DNA from: the human T2T-CHM13v2.0 reference genome, Homo sapiens
Length of the DNA stretch: 64,000 bases
Direction: 5' to 3' (one strand)
NCBI RefSeq assembly: GCF_009914755.1
Contig: NC_060931.1
The translations under genes were made by a program, and so were the position numbers. Within the stretch, counting starts at the first letter, position 1; each line of letters starts with the position of its first letter. A model generated the notes under the pieces. That model was not told the origin of the DNA and did no database searches. It saw only the letters and a program-made list of their open reading frames with translations. This document shows positions 27,759 to 53,986 of the stretch, piece by piece.

Positions 27759-28072
27759 TTTTTTTTTTTTTGAGACAGGTTCTTGCTTCACCTACTCAGG
27801 CTGGAGTGCAGTACATGATCACTTGGCTCACTGCAGCCTTGACCTCCCCAGGCTCAAGTGATCCTTCCACCTCAGCCTCCCAAGTAGCTGGGACCACAGG
27901 TGTGTGCCAGCATGCCCAGCTATTTTTTTTTTTTTTTTTTTTTTGGTGTTCTTTGTAGCGACAGGGTTTTGCGATGTTGCCCAGGCCAGTCTTGAATTCC
28001 TGGGCTCAAGCTGTGTGCCTGCTGGGCCTCTCAAAGTACTGGGATTACAGGCATGAGCCACTGCACCTAGCC
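27759..28072 (-). mobile_element. AluJ
   Basis: Dimer, TSD cagatactt. Confidence 0.88.
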
Positions 28073-28197
28073 CAGATACTTTCTTTTTTAAAAAGCATAT
28101 CATGGAAATTTTCAGACATGAAGAAAGTAATAGATTTTAAAAAATCTATTAGTAATTTTTTTTTTAACCTATAGCCCTGCCCTTCTTGGTTAATTGA

Positions 28198-28523
<326 letters not shown>

Positions 28524-28919
28524 AGAATTAGATGATTTTGGTGATGCAAAATAATCTATGTCCTGACCCCCGTTCTTTTTAAAATAAACTTTTAGTTTTA
28601 GCGTAGCCTTAGATTTACAGAATATTGTGAAGATAGTAGAGAATTCCCACATATCCCATATCCAATTTCCCCTGTTATTAACATCTTACATTAATATGGT
28701 ACGTGTATTTCAGTTAATGCTAATGTCCATACTGTATTCAGATTTTCTTAGTTTTTACCTAATGTGCTTTTGCTGTTCTAAGGACAATAGGTAAAAGCTA
28801 AGGCTCTCATGCAGGATACCACACTGTATTTGGTCATTGTGTCTCCTTAGGCTCTTCTTGGCTGTGACAGTTTCTCACACTTTCCTCGTTTTTGATGACC
28901 CTGACAGTTTTGAGAAATA

Positions 28920-38008
<9,089 letters not shown>

Positions 38009-38654
38009 CACTGGTCAGGTATCTTGTAGATGTCCCTCAGTTGGGATTTGTTTCATGTTTTGGGGAGGAAGACTACAGAGGTCAAATGCCATTGTCATCA
38101 TACCATATTAAGGATACATACTATCTGTGCATATCACTATTTAGAGTAATCTCAATTACCTGGCTGAGGCAGTGGTTGTCAGGTTTCTCCACTGTAAAGT
38201 TTCTCCCCACCCTCCCTTCTTGTACTGTAGTCCTTTGGAAGAAAGTCCATGTGCACAGCCCACCCTTGAGGGCGAAGTGTCTAAATTATTTGGAATTCTG
38301 TGTGGAGATCTGTTATAGTCTGTCCTGTTTACTATTTAGTCATTTATTTCTCTCAGTTTGGATTTAGGGACGTTTATTTTATACTTTGGGCTATAATGCA
38401 ATACAACTTTATTTTTTTGTTCAGATGATTGTCACAGCTACGGCTATTACGAGCTCTTCATTTGGTTCCATCTGTCCCTTTGATGTGCCCCCGACATTGT
38501 AGTTTTTGTTTGTTTTATTGAGCACTTCCTTATTTTCTGGCACTGCAAGAGCCATCTTGCACATTTCCTGTCCCAGTCTTAGAATCTGCCATTTTTCTAA
38601 GGACTTCTGGTCCTTTTTTATTGGAGAATGATATTAAAAACCAAGAACTGGGTG

Positions 38655-39017
38655 TGTGTTAAGCCATTCTTGCATTACTATAAAGAAATACCAGAGACTG
38701 GGTAATTCATAAAGAAAAGAGGTTTAATTGGCTCAGGGTTCTGCAGGCTTTACGGGAAGCATGGTGCTGGCATCTGCTTGGCTTCTAGGAAGGCCTCGGG
38801 AAGCATCCAATCATGGCAGAAGGTGAAGGGGGAGCAGACACGTCACATGGTGAAAGCAGGAGCAAGCAAGAGAGAGTGGTAGGGGAGGTGCCACATACTT
38901 TTAAATGACCAGATCTTGCAAGAACTCCCTGTCAGCAAGTCAGCAGCAAGCCATGAGGGATCGATTCACCCCCATGATCCAAGCATCTCCCACCAGGCCC
39001 CACCTCCAGCATTGGAT
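38655..39017. mobile_element. MSTA-like MaLR LTR, truncated
   Basis: ttgcattactataaagaaatacc.gagactgggtaat...caatcatggcagaaggtgaagg. Confidence 0.8.
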
Positions 39018-39019
39018 CA

Positions 39020-41212
<2,193 letters not shown>

Positions 41213-41284
41213 TTTTATTTCTTTTTAATTGGACATTTTATGTGATTCAACTTTATCTCCTCTCTTATCTTGTATGAGCTTCCT

Positions 41285-41687
41285 ATTCTTACAGCACAAC
41301 TTATCACACAGTTCTGGAAGTCAGAAGTCTGAAAAGCATCTCAGGGGACTAAACTCAAGGTGTTGGCAGGGCTGTTTCACTTTTTTGAGGTTCTGGGAGA
41401 GCATCTGTTTCCTTGCCCTATTGAGAAGCCACCTGCAGTCCTTGGCTTGTGGCCCTTTTCTTCCATCTTCAAAGCTAGCAGTAGGTCAAGTTCTTCTCAC
41501 ATTGTATCAACTCTGATCTCCTCTTTTGCCTCCCTCTTTCACATTTAAGGACCCTTGTAATTATATTGGGTCTACCCACATAATCCAGAATAATCTCTGT
41601 ATTTTAACGTCATCTGAGTAGCAACTTTAATCTCATCTGCTACCTTAATTCTGGGGATTAGGATGTGTACATTTCTGAGGGGACCAT
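41285..41687. mobile_element. MLT1 (MaLR) LTR interrupted by MER11
   Basis: cagttctggaagtcagaagtctgaa; aaggacccttgtaattatattggg; resumes attattctg after 42764. Confidence 0.75.
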
Positions 41688-42758
41688 TATCGGGGAATCT
41701 GCCCCAATATTCACGTAGGTTCTTTTCTATTTTCCTTAAGCGTAGGCCAGCTTGAGAAATAAAGGGACAGAGTACAAAAGAGAGAAATTTTAAAGCTGGG
41801 CGTCCGGGGGACACATCACATGCCGGTAGGTTCCGTGATGCCCAACAAGCCACAAAAACCAGCAAGTTTTTATTAGGGATTTTCAAAAGGGGAAGGGAGT
41901 GTGCAAATAGGTGTAGGTCACAGACATCAAGTACTTTACAAGGTAATAGAATATCACAAGGCAAGTGGAGGCAGGGAGAGATCACAGGACTACAGGACTG
42001 GGGTGAAATTAAAATTGCTAATGAAGTTTCGGGCACCATTGTCATTGATAACATCTTACCAGGAGACAGGGTTTTAAGATCAACCAGTCTGACCAAAATT
42101 TATTAGGCAGGAATTTCCTCTTCCTAATAAGCCTGGGAGCGCTATGGGAGACTGGGGTCTATTTCAGCCCTGTATTCTCAACCATAAGAGACGGGCACAC
42201 CTGGGGGTGCTGTTTATAAGCGTATACCTCCAGGCACGTATTCTCTTTCCCAGGGATGTTCCTTGCTGAGAAAAAGAATTCAGCGATATTTCTCCCATTT
42301 GCTTTTGAAAGAAGAGAAATATGGTTCTGTTCCACCCGGCTCACCGGCGGTCAGAGTTTAAGGTTATCTCTCTTATTCCCTGAACAATTGCTGTTATCCT
42401 GTTCTTTTTTCAAGGTGCCCAGATTTCATATTGCTCAAACACACATGCTGTACAATTTGTGCAGTTAATGCAATTATCATAGGTCCTGGGGCAACATACA
42501 TCTTCCTCAGCTGACAGGATTAAGAGATTAAAGTAAAGACAGGCATAGGAAATCACAAGGGTATTGATTGGGGAAGTGATAAGTGTCCACGAAATCTTCA
42601 CAATTTATGTTTAGAGATTGCAGTAAAGACAGGCATAAGAAATTATAAAAGTATTAATTTGGGGAACTAATAAATGTCCATGAAATCTTCACAATCCACG
42701 TTCTTCTGCCATGGCTTCAGCTAGTCCCTCTGTTTGGGGTCCCTGACTTCCTGCAACA
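41688..42758 (-). mobile_element. Solo MER11 LTR (HML-8; likely MER11C), 1071 bp
   Basis: TGTTGCAGGAAGTCAGGGACCCC...TTCCCCGATA; exact TSD GACCAT 41682-41687 and 42759-42764. Confidence 0.92.
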
Positions 42759-42819
42759 GACCATTATTCTGTCAGTTACGATGTAGCATGTCAATTATAC
42801 TTCTTTTAAAAAGTTTTTA

Positions 42820-43259
<440 letters not shown>

Positions 43260-43268
43260 ATTCTAATG

Positions 43269-43895
43269 TGTAGAAAGCAAAAGTTCCTCTTCAAAGCTTC
43301 CCCTTTAAATCATAAATGTTATTGATATCTTTTCTCAGAACTAACTTTCTTCAAGTTTCTTATTTTATAGTAATAACTCTCTGTTAAGCCTTATGTAGCA
43401 AATGTGACAGAATAAGCATACTCTGACTTCAGTATCTGTGTTAAACATGCTCACAGGCACATAATACATTTTGTGTCCTTGTTCCTTAGTCAAATTATTC
43501 GTGCTGAATGTGCCCAGGCATGTCCCAGCTTGCAGCCTCCTCCCTTATTTGGGAATATTATTACTTTGTAAATCCTTTCGTAAGTAACTTCCTTTTTTCC
43601 TTTGTTCCTCACTGCCTTTACCTGTTTAGAAAAGTTTTGAACTGTTAGCCAATCGGGTTTTAGTTTAGATTGTGAGGTCTGGCTCCAGCCAATGGAGTCA
43701 GAACACAGCAATAGGGACCTCATGCGTAAAGGATAAATATTCTAGTGTCTTTTTTACTTTGTGTGTGCTTGTGGCAGGATTGCTGACGGGCACCACCCTT
43801 TCTGCAGAGAGTAAACATCGCCTTGCTAAGGAAACTTTTTGTCTGATTGCTGATTCTTCTCTGCGACATCGGGGAATAAGCATTTATTTCCAACA
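43269..43895 (+). mobile_element. Solo LTR10-family LTR (HERV-I group)
   Basis: TGTAGAAAG..AAGTTCCTCTTCAAAG...TTTCTGCAGA.AGTAAA..CCTTGCT...CCAACA; flanks taatg/tagtg. Confidence 0.8.
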
Positions 43896-43924
43896 TAGTG
43901 TTTACTCTAGAGTTTACAATATAC

Positions 43925-45525
43925 ATTTTATTTTATTTTTCAATTGGCATATAATTGTGTATATTTATGGGGTACATAGTGATGTTTCTATATACGTAAC
44001 GTATCAGTGATCAGATCAGAGTAATTAGCATATCCATCATCTCATACATTTATCATTTCTTTGTGTTGGGAACATTCAATATTCTCCTTATAGCTATTTG
44101 AAACTCTACAATATGTTATTGTTAACTATAGTCATCCTAGAGTGCTATAGACCAGTAGAACTTATTCCTCCTATCTAGCTATAATTTTGTAACCTTTAAC
44201 AAATCTCTTCCTATCTCCTCCCTTCGCCCACCCTTCCCAGCCTCTAGTATCCTCTGTTCTGATTTTTCTGTGAGATCAACTGTTTTTCAGCTTCCACATA
44301 TGAATGAGAACATGTGGTGTTTAACTTTCTGTTCCTGGCTTATTTCACTTAATATCCTCCAGTTCCATCCATGTTGCTGTGAGTGACAGGATTCCACTCA
44401 AATTATGGCTGAATAGTATTTCATTGTGTTTATATTCCACATTTTCTTTATCTGTTTATCTGTTGGACACCCAGATTCATTCCGTATCTTGGCTATTGTG
44501 AATAATGCTGCAGTTAACATGGGGATGTAGATGTCTCTTCGATATACCAATTTCCTTTCCTTTGGATAAATGCCCAGTAGTGGGATTGCTGGTTCATATG
44601 GTATGCTATTTGTAGATTTTGAGGAGCCTCTATACTGTTTTCCATAGTGGCTGTACTAGTTGATATTCTCACCCGCAGAGTGTAAGAGTTCATTTTTCTC
44701 TGCATCCTCCCCAGCATTTGTTGGTTTTGTTTTATTTGTCTTTTTGGTAATAGCCACTCTAACTGGGATGAGATGATACCTCATTGTGCTTCTGATTTGC
44801 TGTTCCTTGATGATTTGTGATAAGTGAACATTTTGTCATATATTTCTTGGCCATTTGTCTTCTTTTGAGAGATGGCTATTCAGATCATTTGCCCATTTTT
44901 AAATCTGATTTTTTTTTCCTGCTGAGATGTTTTAGTTTCTGGTTTATTCTGGGTATTAATCCCCTTTTGGATGAATAGTTTGCTTATATTTTCTCCCATT
45001 CTATAGGTTGTCTTTTCACTCTGCTGATTGTTTCCTTTGCTGTATAGAAGTTTTTTAGTGTGACATAATCCCATGTGTTTGTTTTTGCTTTTGTTGCCTG
45101 GGCTTTTGAAGTTGTATTCATAAAATATTTTCCCAGATTAACGTCCTGAGGCATTTCCCCTGTTTTCTTTCAGTAGTTTTATAGTTTCAGGTCTTACATT
45201 TAGGTCTTTAATCCATTTTGAGTTGATTTTCACATAGAGGTGGGAGGCTAGTTTCATTCCTCTGCATATGAATATCCAGTTTTCCCAGTATCATCTATTG
45301 AAGATACTGTCCTTTCCCCAGTGAGTATTCTTGGCATCTTTGTCAATAATCAGTTGGCTGTAGATATTGTGGATTGATTTCTGGGTTCTCTATTCTGTTC
45401 CATTGCTCTGTATATCAGTTTTTATGCCAGTACCATGTTGTTTCCATCACTACAGCTTTGAGGTATATTTTGAAGTCTGGGAGCATGACGCTTCCAGCTT
45501 TATAACTTTTTTTTCCTCTTTGAGT
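43925..45525 (-). mobile_element. L1MA-type 3' end
   Basis: gatcagatcagagtaattagcatatccatc 3' UTR plus ORF2 C-terminus. Confidence 0.85.
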
Positions 45526-46437
45526 TGTAAGCCACTTTTAGTATATTTGGAACCCTGTGGGTGTGGTGGTGAAGTGTGAGGGAGGGTGGGAGTTCTGGAA
45601 TCTGGTTAAATCTCAGTCTGACAGTGGGTCTGGGTCTCACATAGGTTCACTCTTACAGTGGGCTGTGATCTTCACAAGTATTTCTCTAGCGTTAGAGCTC
45701 TTCTCCCCTGTTATCTATTCCTGCCCTATTTCCTTGAGGCCCTGACCTTTGCGGATTTTTTTGCCCTGTAGGTATGACAGGAAGGCTGGAGGGGGCTGGA
45801 GTGGGAGGAATGCCCTTTGCATTCCCCTAGTTAGGAGAAGGATCTAGCAAAGTTTTTTTCCCCTGGAGCAAATGACTTTGTGGCAGAGAAAACTCTGGGC
45901 TTATTACTCTTCCCCTCCCCTGCCAGAGGGATCTCTCTGGGATCTTTTACCTTAGTGCCTGGTGGAGTTCCTGGAGGTAAAGCCCACAGAAGTGTGGGTC
46001 TCGCACCTCCTGAGACTGCTTCCCCGAGTTTCTCACTCTCACTAGTCCACACCGAGCATCCAGCACCAGCTTATGGCTCTGGCAGTTTCTGCTCCAGGTA
46101 AGCGGATCTCCTCTGTGTCTTTCCAGGTTTCCAGCACAGTTTGCCCTGTTAGCTCAGTTCTCTGATCGTCCCAAAAGAGCCATTGATTTTGAATTTTCCC
46201 AGCTTTTTCTCATTACATGTTGCAGCTGAAAGCGAAGTCACCACCTTGTTTTTAACTTGTATTTTGTGACTTGTTACCACTTCAGTGCTTTAGACACATA
46301 GGCTCAGTGCTGCAATATTGTGTCTAGGTTTGATTATGCTAAATTTAACCTTTCTTATGTATCACCGGAGTAGTAAGGATTTCAAACTACCCTGCCTGGT
46401 AGCTTTCGCTTTCCTTAGAAAAGCTTATCACTTCTTG

Positions 46438-47109
<672 letters not shown>

Positions 47110-47234
47110 TTATTTTGCACTTTAAGGCAAGAAAAGCTGTAAAGGCTCTCTTTATTAGATTTTTCATTTAGAAATAAATTAGTTCATCTAAGGATTTGTC
47201 AAGTTGTTCCTTTTCTGTTGAAACCTGAATTGAT

Positions 47235-47690
47235 TGGTTTTGGTTCTTCTGGAAGCAGATCTTGAGATAGAAATCTGAATCCAAGTTGTGTATTTGCGAG
47301 GTAATCCCAGGACACACCAGTAGGGGAATGAAGTGCGCCGTCTAGGAAAGACAGCCAATAAAGGGCATGTTTTCAAGCCAGGTCCCGCTGTGGACAAATG
47401 AAGCTTGATTGTGCTGAGGAATTCTAGAGCCAGTGTAGCATACGTATGTCAGAGTTGTGATTTTTCCACTGGGGGTTTGGAGGGAGGCTGGATTTAAGGA
47501 AGCTGGAGTCTTCTTATCAGTATATTGTGAGGACTGCCCTCAGGTAGGTACACATTCCCCTGTAGTTTGGGCCTGCCCTGCACGTGGGCAGATGGGCTTC
47601 AGAAGCCAGAGATACAGGTACTGGCAGTTGGAATTCAGAACACTGTGCGGGATAGTAATGCTCAAGGGGACCTGCAAACAACAGTAACTG
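47235..47690. mobile_element. LTR33-like (ERVL) LTR
   Basis: gaagcagatcttgagata...gaggtaatcccagga..cacc.gtagggga...cagccaataaaggg. Confidence 0.65.
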
Positions 47691-47861
47691 CGATGTTTAT
47701 TTACTGGGCTTGGTTAACAGCATGAGCTAGGATCTGGTGATTTGCCAGATTGATTAAGTCTGTCAGCTTTCTAAACCTGTTGAGGTGGTAGATTCTCAGA
47801 AATTAATTTTCTATACAGTTCACGATGTATGGAGGAAAAAAGTTTTCTGAAAAAGGCCCAT

Positions 47862-48013
47862 AGCTGGGCATGGTGGCTCATGCCTATAATCCCAATACTT
47901 TGGGTGGATGAGGTGAGGATCGCTTGAGCCCAGGAGTTGGAGGCTACAGTAATCTATGATCATAACCACCACACCCCAGCCTGGGTGACAGTGAGACCTT
48001 GTCTCAAAAAAAA
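47862..48013 (+). mobile_element. Alu monomer (FLAM/FRAM-like)
   Basis: Single monomer with A-tail. Confidence 0.8.
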
Positions 48014-48559
48014 GGCCCAAGATTCTGTCACAGTTTGATTTGCTGATGTTCTTTTTGGCAGTACCTAGCCTGCACTCTTTGAAATGCCAAAACAACTGTT
48101 TAGAAAATAGCCCTGGCCTTGTGCTTCCGATAATGGCCTGAGTAACCTAGTTAAAGCCAGCTGATACTTTTCTGAAAAGCATCAAGGAATTTACAACATA
48201 GTAAAGAATTACTGGGTTAAGATTTGGGAGATGATAGAAAACCAGAGACGTGAGCCTCTGACCCAGGGCCGCTTTTGCCCGGCTATTTGCTGTTCTGGAA
48301 GAGCAGGTGAGAGGCTGAGCAGTGTAGTTAACTGACTCACAGGAGGACAGAAACAAAAACTGGAGTCTAGAACTTGCTGTGGGTAAGAATCCTGGTGAGC
48401 CACCTGGGGTTAATGTTGAAACCTTGAGAGGCTGCCATCCAGAACACTCATGGGCTGGGAGTGTGCCAGCCTTTGCCTGGACTGAAGCTCCATGGGGTCA
48501 CCTGGGGGTTTAGTAAATCTCAAATGGTGAAATGGATTAGGGTGATCTCAAATTGCTGG

Positions 48560-49490
48560 TGACCCCAGTCACCTAACAGAGACAGATGAAAATCCTCTCC
48601 AGAGGAAGATAACATCTCACGCCTCAAATTATTTCTGAAATGATTTTTCAAATAGTGTCCACCATACCACCAAGTCAGTGTAACCAGGCCCACTGGGAGA
48701 CTACCTTAACAAGAACCCGCACAGATAACAGAGGATAGAAACAGGCTTTGCAGACAGTGGAATTACCAGACAGACGCTAAAGCATATGTTTATTATGTTC
48801 ATGGAGATAAAAGTTGAATAAAAACATTTCAACAAGGAACTGGAAACTTAATATAAGGGGGCAAAGCAGACCTGAAAAACAACTAAATACTAGATCTAAA
48901 AAATACAGTAGCCAAAATGGAGGATTCAGTGGATTCAGCAGATTAGATACTGCTGAAGAGAAAAGTGAGCCCCCGAGAGATCAGAAGAAACCTCTCTGAA
49001 TGAAGCGTGAGGGGGGAAGGCTGGACAACACTGAAGAAGCTGTAAGAAATATACTCCATCCTGAGAAAGTCTGACATACGTGATTTGAATCCTAGAAGGA
49101 GAAGAGGGAGGGGGGTAGAAGGAATATTTGTTTTTGTGTTTGTTTTTTTTAGACAGAGTTTCACTCTTGTTGCGCAGGCTGGAGTGCAATGGTACAGTAT
49201 CGGCTTACCCCAAATCCAAGTGATTCTTCTGCCTCAGCCTCCTGAGTATCTGGGATTACAGGCGTATGCCACCATGCCCAGCAAATTTTGTATTTTTAAT
49301 AGAGACAGGGTTTCTCCATGTTGGTCAGGCTGGTCTTGAACCCCCGACCTCAGATGATCCACCCGCCTCGGCCTCCCAAAGTGCTGGGATGATAGGCATG
49401 AGCCACTGCGCCCGGCCGGAAGGAATATTTGAATAAATAATGGCAAAGATTTTTGAAACCCCATGAAAGATGACAATCCACAGAATTAAG
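48560..49490 (+). mobile_element. Old L1M ORF1 remnant containing an AluS (49131-49417, minus)
   Basis: agcagattagatactgctgaagag ORF1 motif; Alu TSD gaaggaatatttg. Confidence 0.65.
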
Positions 49491-49600
49491 AGATTCTTAA
49501 TATAGCATAAGGTGATTCTTAAAGTTTTCCACTTCTAAGTAATATGCAAATTCATTTTCCTTAGATTGAGCTTCCTTCCCCTCCTCCTTTCTAATTTTAG

Positions 49601-49626
49601 CAGTGGTTTTCAGAATTCTGCTGAGA
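49601..49626 (+). pseudogene. Candidate 26-nt micro-exon E (VVFRILLR)
   Basis: Long pyrimidine tract + ttttag; AGA/gtaagt; ends phase 0 into exon F. Confidence 0.6.
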
Positions 49627-50203
49627 GTAAGTGTTTTTCTAACAAGTGATGAATTACATGTTTTTTTTAATCACATTTACAAAATAATTTATGTGCTAGA
49701 GTTCCAAAAATTTTGATTGGACAAAAAGGATGCAACTTCTGTTTTGATTGAAGACTGAGAGATAAGAACATCTTAAATAAAAGGCAAGCTTTCCAGACCC
49801 AAAGGATTAGTTTATAATGCAGGAATTTCAGCATAATGGGCAGTCAGGGGGCAGAGCCCCTCACTGGCACCACTCAGCCATGGTTTATAGGTAGCTCCTA
49901 CTCTGTCTCCCTTGCCGACTGGGAAGAATGACTCTCACGGATGAATGGCATAGCTGACACAGGAAAGAGTATGTGTAGGATGCAAGCGAAAACCCTTTAA
50001 CTAATACTACTATTAATAATTATGTATAACAGCTGGACACAGTAGCATGTGCCCATAGTCATTTTATTTCAATTTATATTATTTGTTTTCCTTACTGTTC
50101 TTTTCTACCTCATAGAATTAGGAGGTAGAAACTACTGACCTCATGCTTGCTCCCTGAGGCTAGCTTTTACCTGAGGTAGCTTTTACCTTCTTGTCTTCCA
50201 CAG

Positions 50204-50325
50204 GTCTATAGTGAGCGAGAGCTGCTACTTTTTACTTGGGCATTCATTCAAAGTGTTGAAGAATAACAGCCTCTACCATCCCTTATTCACTGGCTCATCA
50301 GCTGTCCCAGGTTTTGCTCTTCTAG
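50204..50325 (+). pseudogene. Candidate exon F (VYSERELLLFTWAFIQSVEE*QPLPSLIHWLISCPRFCSS)
   Basis: cttcttgtcttccacag acceptor; AG/gtattt donor; one TAA. Confidence 0.65.
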
Positions 50326-50481
50326 GTATTTGCCATGTTGTTTGTCCTTTTAGTTTCTTTTCTATGTGTTTGATTAAATTTGCTTCTTTCTCCCATCAGC
50401 ATTACCTTGTGGTTTTCTTCTGCATTTGAGACACAGTGTTAGACATTTGATGCATTCATGTTCTTTTCGATTGTCTTACAG

Positions 50482-50700
50482 AGAAGAGATTCATAAATAT
50501 CAGGGATGTCTGAGGATCATTCCCAGGGAGCATATGATGTCTGGAATTTGCTCTGAACCTTTCCTAATTCAGCAATCGCCTTATGTGTAATTATAAACTA
50601 CTATTGGTAGCTATGTTTTCTTCTAGCTTTCTGGGTAGATAAGGAATGGGAAAGAATAATGTGTATTTTTATGTTGTCATCACCTGGTAATTTCACAGGG
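50482..50700 (+). pseudogene. Candidate exon G (..MSEDHSQGAYDVWNLL*TFPNSAIALCVIINYYW*LCFLLAFWVDKEWERIMCIFMLSSPGNFTG)
   Basis: ttgtcttacag acceptor; GGG/gtatgt donor; stops plus a probable 1-nt frameshift. Confidence 0.55.
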
Positions 50701-51060
50701 GTATGTGGGTACTGTACTGTTGTAAATTAATATTTGTACTCACATGACTACAGCTGAGTTAAAATATGAGTGTGCCTCTTTTATGGAAAAAGCTAATAAA
50801 TATTTGCTGTTTGACAATTTGTAATGCAAGAGTATCTTACAAGAAAATAGCTGGAAACTACTGAAAGGTAAATAAATACATTTTAAATGCATTAAATATT
50901 ATGAAAATTAGTTTATTCTGGTAGAAAATGAAAGCTGTCCTGTGAAATAGAATTTTCTCATTAGTCTTGTGGTAAAAGATGGACATTAAAAGGTGGTTAA
51001 GAATTTCAGATTAGATAGTGATTCATAGAGGAAAAACTATTCTTCAAATTGTGCTTTTAG

Positions 51061-51189
51061 AACATTTGTTCAGTACTCAAATTTTATTCTCATATTTTTG
51101 ACAAATTGATGGAATTAAAATATTCTTTCGGTGTGCTTAAACCTGCTCATTTTTCTTGGTGCTTGTGGCTATGGAAATCCCCTTTGCTT
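51061..51189 (+). pseudogene. Candidate exon H (NICSVLKFYSHIFDKLMELKYSFGVLKPAHFSWCLWLWKSPLL)
   Basis: cttttag acceptor; 43 open codons in phase with G; CTT/gtgagg donor (alternatives exist). Confidence 0.5.
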
Positions 51190-51520
51190 GTGAGGTTAAA
51201 ATAATATGGTATCCTATTTCTTTCATAGCCTTAAAGTATTTAATCTTTTCCATAGTTGTTCTTATATTTTCAAGTTAGGGAGTTTCTGTCTAAGAAATTT
51301 TTTACCTCATTTATTAAATCACTACATATTCCTTGTAGAAAATGTTTTAAATAAAAGAAAGAACAAAGAAAATTAGCCATGATGCCACTAACCTGAGTCT
51401 ATTAATTTTTTGGTAGTTGCCAAAAGCAGTATAGCATTTTGTAGATAGTGTAGAAAGATGAAAATAAGTAGTAGATTATATAGCAAAACATTAAAGTGGT
51501 GAGACTTCTGGTGATTTTTA

Positions 51521-51973
<453 letters not shown>

Positions 51974-52194
51974 CTAGTTTATTAGCCTTTTCTTTAGGAT
52001 TATTTAAGATTTTCATTAAATCATTCAGAAATGATTTAGATTTCTGAAAGATTAAGATTTCTGAAAAATGTTAGATTGGTTAGACTGGAAGATTAGTGGA
52101 ATTAAGCCATCATCTGTAGAGTGACATTGCATAACAGGCATTGTCTTAGTGACCTTTATGTAATTTAACTACTTCATGGAGCACAGTTTTATAG

Positions 52195-52337
52195 CTGGTG
52201 TGGACTATGACCTCTGTTAATAGAGGACGACTACAAAAAGCATTTCAAAAGAAGCCTTCTTACCTCAAAGCCCGGTATTGTGCTGTTGAGAAACACCCCT
52301 CAGGCTAATCTGATGATGATGCCGGAATGTAAATTGG
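52195..52337 (+). pseudogene. Candidate exon I (frame ambiguous; best frame WCGL*PLLIEDDYKKHFKRSLLTSKPGIVLLRNTPQANLMMMPECKL)
   Basis: ttttatag acceptor; TGG/gtgagc donor; GC-richer than flanks. Confidence 0.5.
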
Positions 52338-53103
52338 GTGAGCTGAGATTTTAGTCCTTTGCGACCTAAATAGTTTGCCACAAAGCATTTTAGATATTAA
52401 CAACAGTTTTTAAATATTAACAACAGTAGATGCTAACAGTCACAATAAAAGTTTGCTTTTTGTGCAGATTAAAATATGTATGTGCTTAAATTGTTATTTG
52501 CATGTTTTTGTATACACATTTTTCTAGTTTCCTGGATTGCATAGTAGTGTAAGGCTACTCTTCACCTGCAAAGATGATGTCAGCTTCCAGCCCTGACCCC
52601 ATACCACTCTATGTTTTCTTCCTCTTCTTATGGGTATCAGCTTTTTTAAAATGGTTTATGGGGGATGCTAGAAACCAACCCAATATTATGCTTTGTCTTT
52701 CCTCTTTTTATCCTTTGTTTTATAATATAGGCAGGTGTGTGTGTACTTACATGTAGCATCCTATATATACTTTTCTCATCTTTTTTCACCTGACAACATA
52801 ATTTACAGATTAATCTGTAATTAGCAACTAATAAAAATATTTTCCTTTGTATAGCTGTGTATTGCTCTATTGTGTGGATAGTTCATAGTTTGTTCAACCA
52901 GCCCCTTATTAATGGACAATGGGATTTATTTTAGCCTTTTACTATTATAAATAGTCCTGTAGTGAATAGGCCTATGCATATATTGTTTTCTATTTTTACC
53001 ATCTGTGGTTTAGATTACTGGAAGTAATATTACTAAGTCAAAGAGTAGATAGTGTATTTTTGCTGGGTATTGCTAAATGAACCTGCATAGAAGGTATACC
53101 ATG

Positions 53104-53685
53104 TGTTAGAAATGCTTGTTCCTCGGTGCTGTAAAGAAATAGCACTTGAACATTAATTTCCTCAGCAAGGCCATTTTTACTTTCTGCAGAAAGGGTACAC
53201 TTACCAGCAGTTTTGCCATGAGAGTACACCGAACAAAGGAGACAGGGTCATTTATAACCTGACGCATCCACCCTACTGCTGTGTCTGGTTTCCATTGGCT
53301 GGAACGGGACCTCACATTCTGTATTTGTCCCGATTGGCTAGCAACTTAGAACTTTTTAAAAGAGGCAAAGGCAGAGGAGAACAAAGGAAAGAGGAAGTAA
53401 CTTGTGGAATGCTGAGAAAGGTAAAAACCTTCAAATAAGGAAGAGGAACGGGCTATGACCTAATGCTTGCTTGGACTAGTAAAAGCATGCCAGGGCAGAT
53501 ATTTAGGCTAAAGTGTGGGAGCTAAGAACATAAAGTACATTGATTTCTTTATTATGGCTAGCAGATATTTAAGAATGTTAGCACAGGTCTTTGAATAAAT
53601 TTTGCTGCTAAGAGAAGTTACGATTTATTCCTAATTAGATGGGGAGGAAAGTTTTTGAAGAGGAAACTCTCCTTTGGTTTTTACA
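53104..53685 (-). mobile_element. Solo LTR10 (LTR10C-like)
   Basis: TG..CA termini; exact TSD CATG 53100-53103 / 53686-53689; homologous to the other LTR10s. Confidence 0.85.
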
Positions 53686-53917
53686 CATGTATGAAAGCTT
53701 CCCTACAGCCTCACTCTCAGAATATGTTGTCAAGCTTTTGGATTTTTTCAGTTTGATCGGGTGGGAAATGATATTTCAATGTAATTTAAATTTGCACTTC
53801 TCTTAGTATAAGCAGGTTTGAGCATTTTTTCATATAGCTAAGAACTATTTGTGTTTCTGTTCTGTGAATGGTTTGTAAGGTTGTTGGTCCTTTATTTTTA
53901 GAATCTCTATTTGAGAT

Positions 53918-53986
53918 TGTGGCTCACAGACCCTAAGGTGACCCCCAGTAATTGTGGTAATTACATAGCAATAGAAAACCAACACT
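53918..53986 (+). mobile_element. Collapsed 69-bp MLT1 LTR (termini only)
   Basis: tgtggc..cagaccctaaggtgaccccc joined to ttgtggtaatt..agcaatagaaaacc; TSD GAGAT. Confidence 0.6.

Noticed and set aside
42525-42700. ~80-bp tandem duplication in MER11
   Set aside because: Intrinsic to MER11 U3 consensus.
45550-46200. GC-richer segment with CAG/gtaagc donor as another exon
   Set aside because: Resembles an old L1M 5' region in antisense rather than unique coding DNA.
50154-50187. 16-bp tandem duplication upstream of exon F; also 9-bp (~3242-3260) and 21-bp (~6620-6661) duplications in HERV9
   Set aside because: Ordinary slippage events with no evident consequence.
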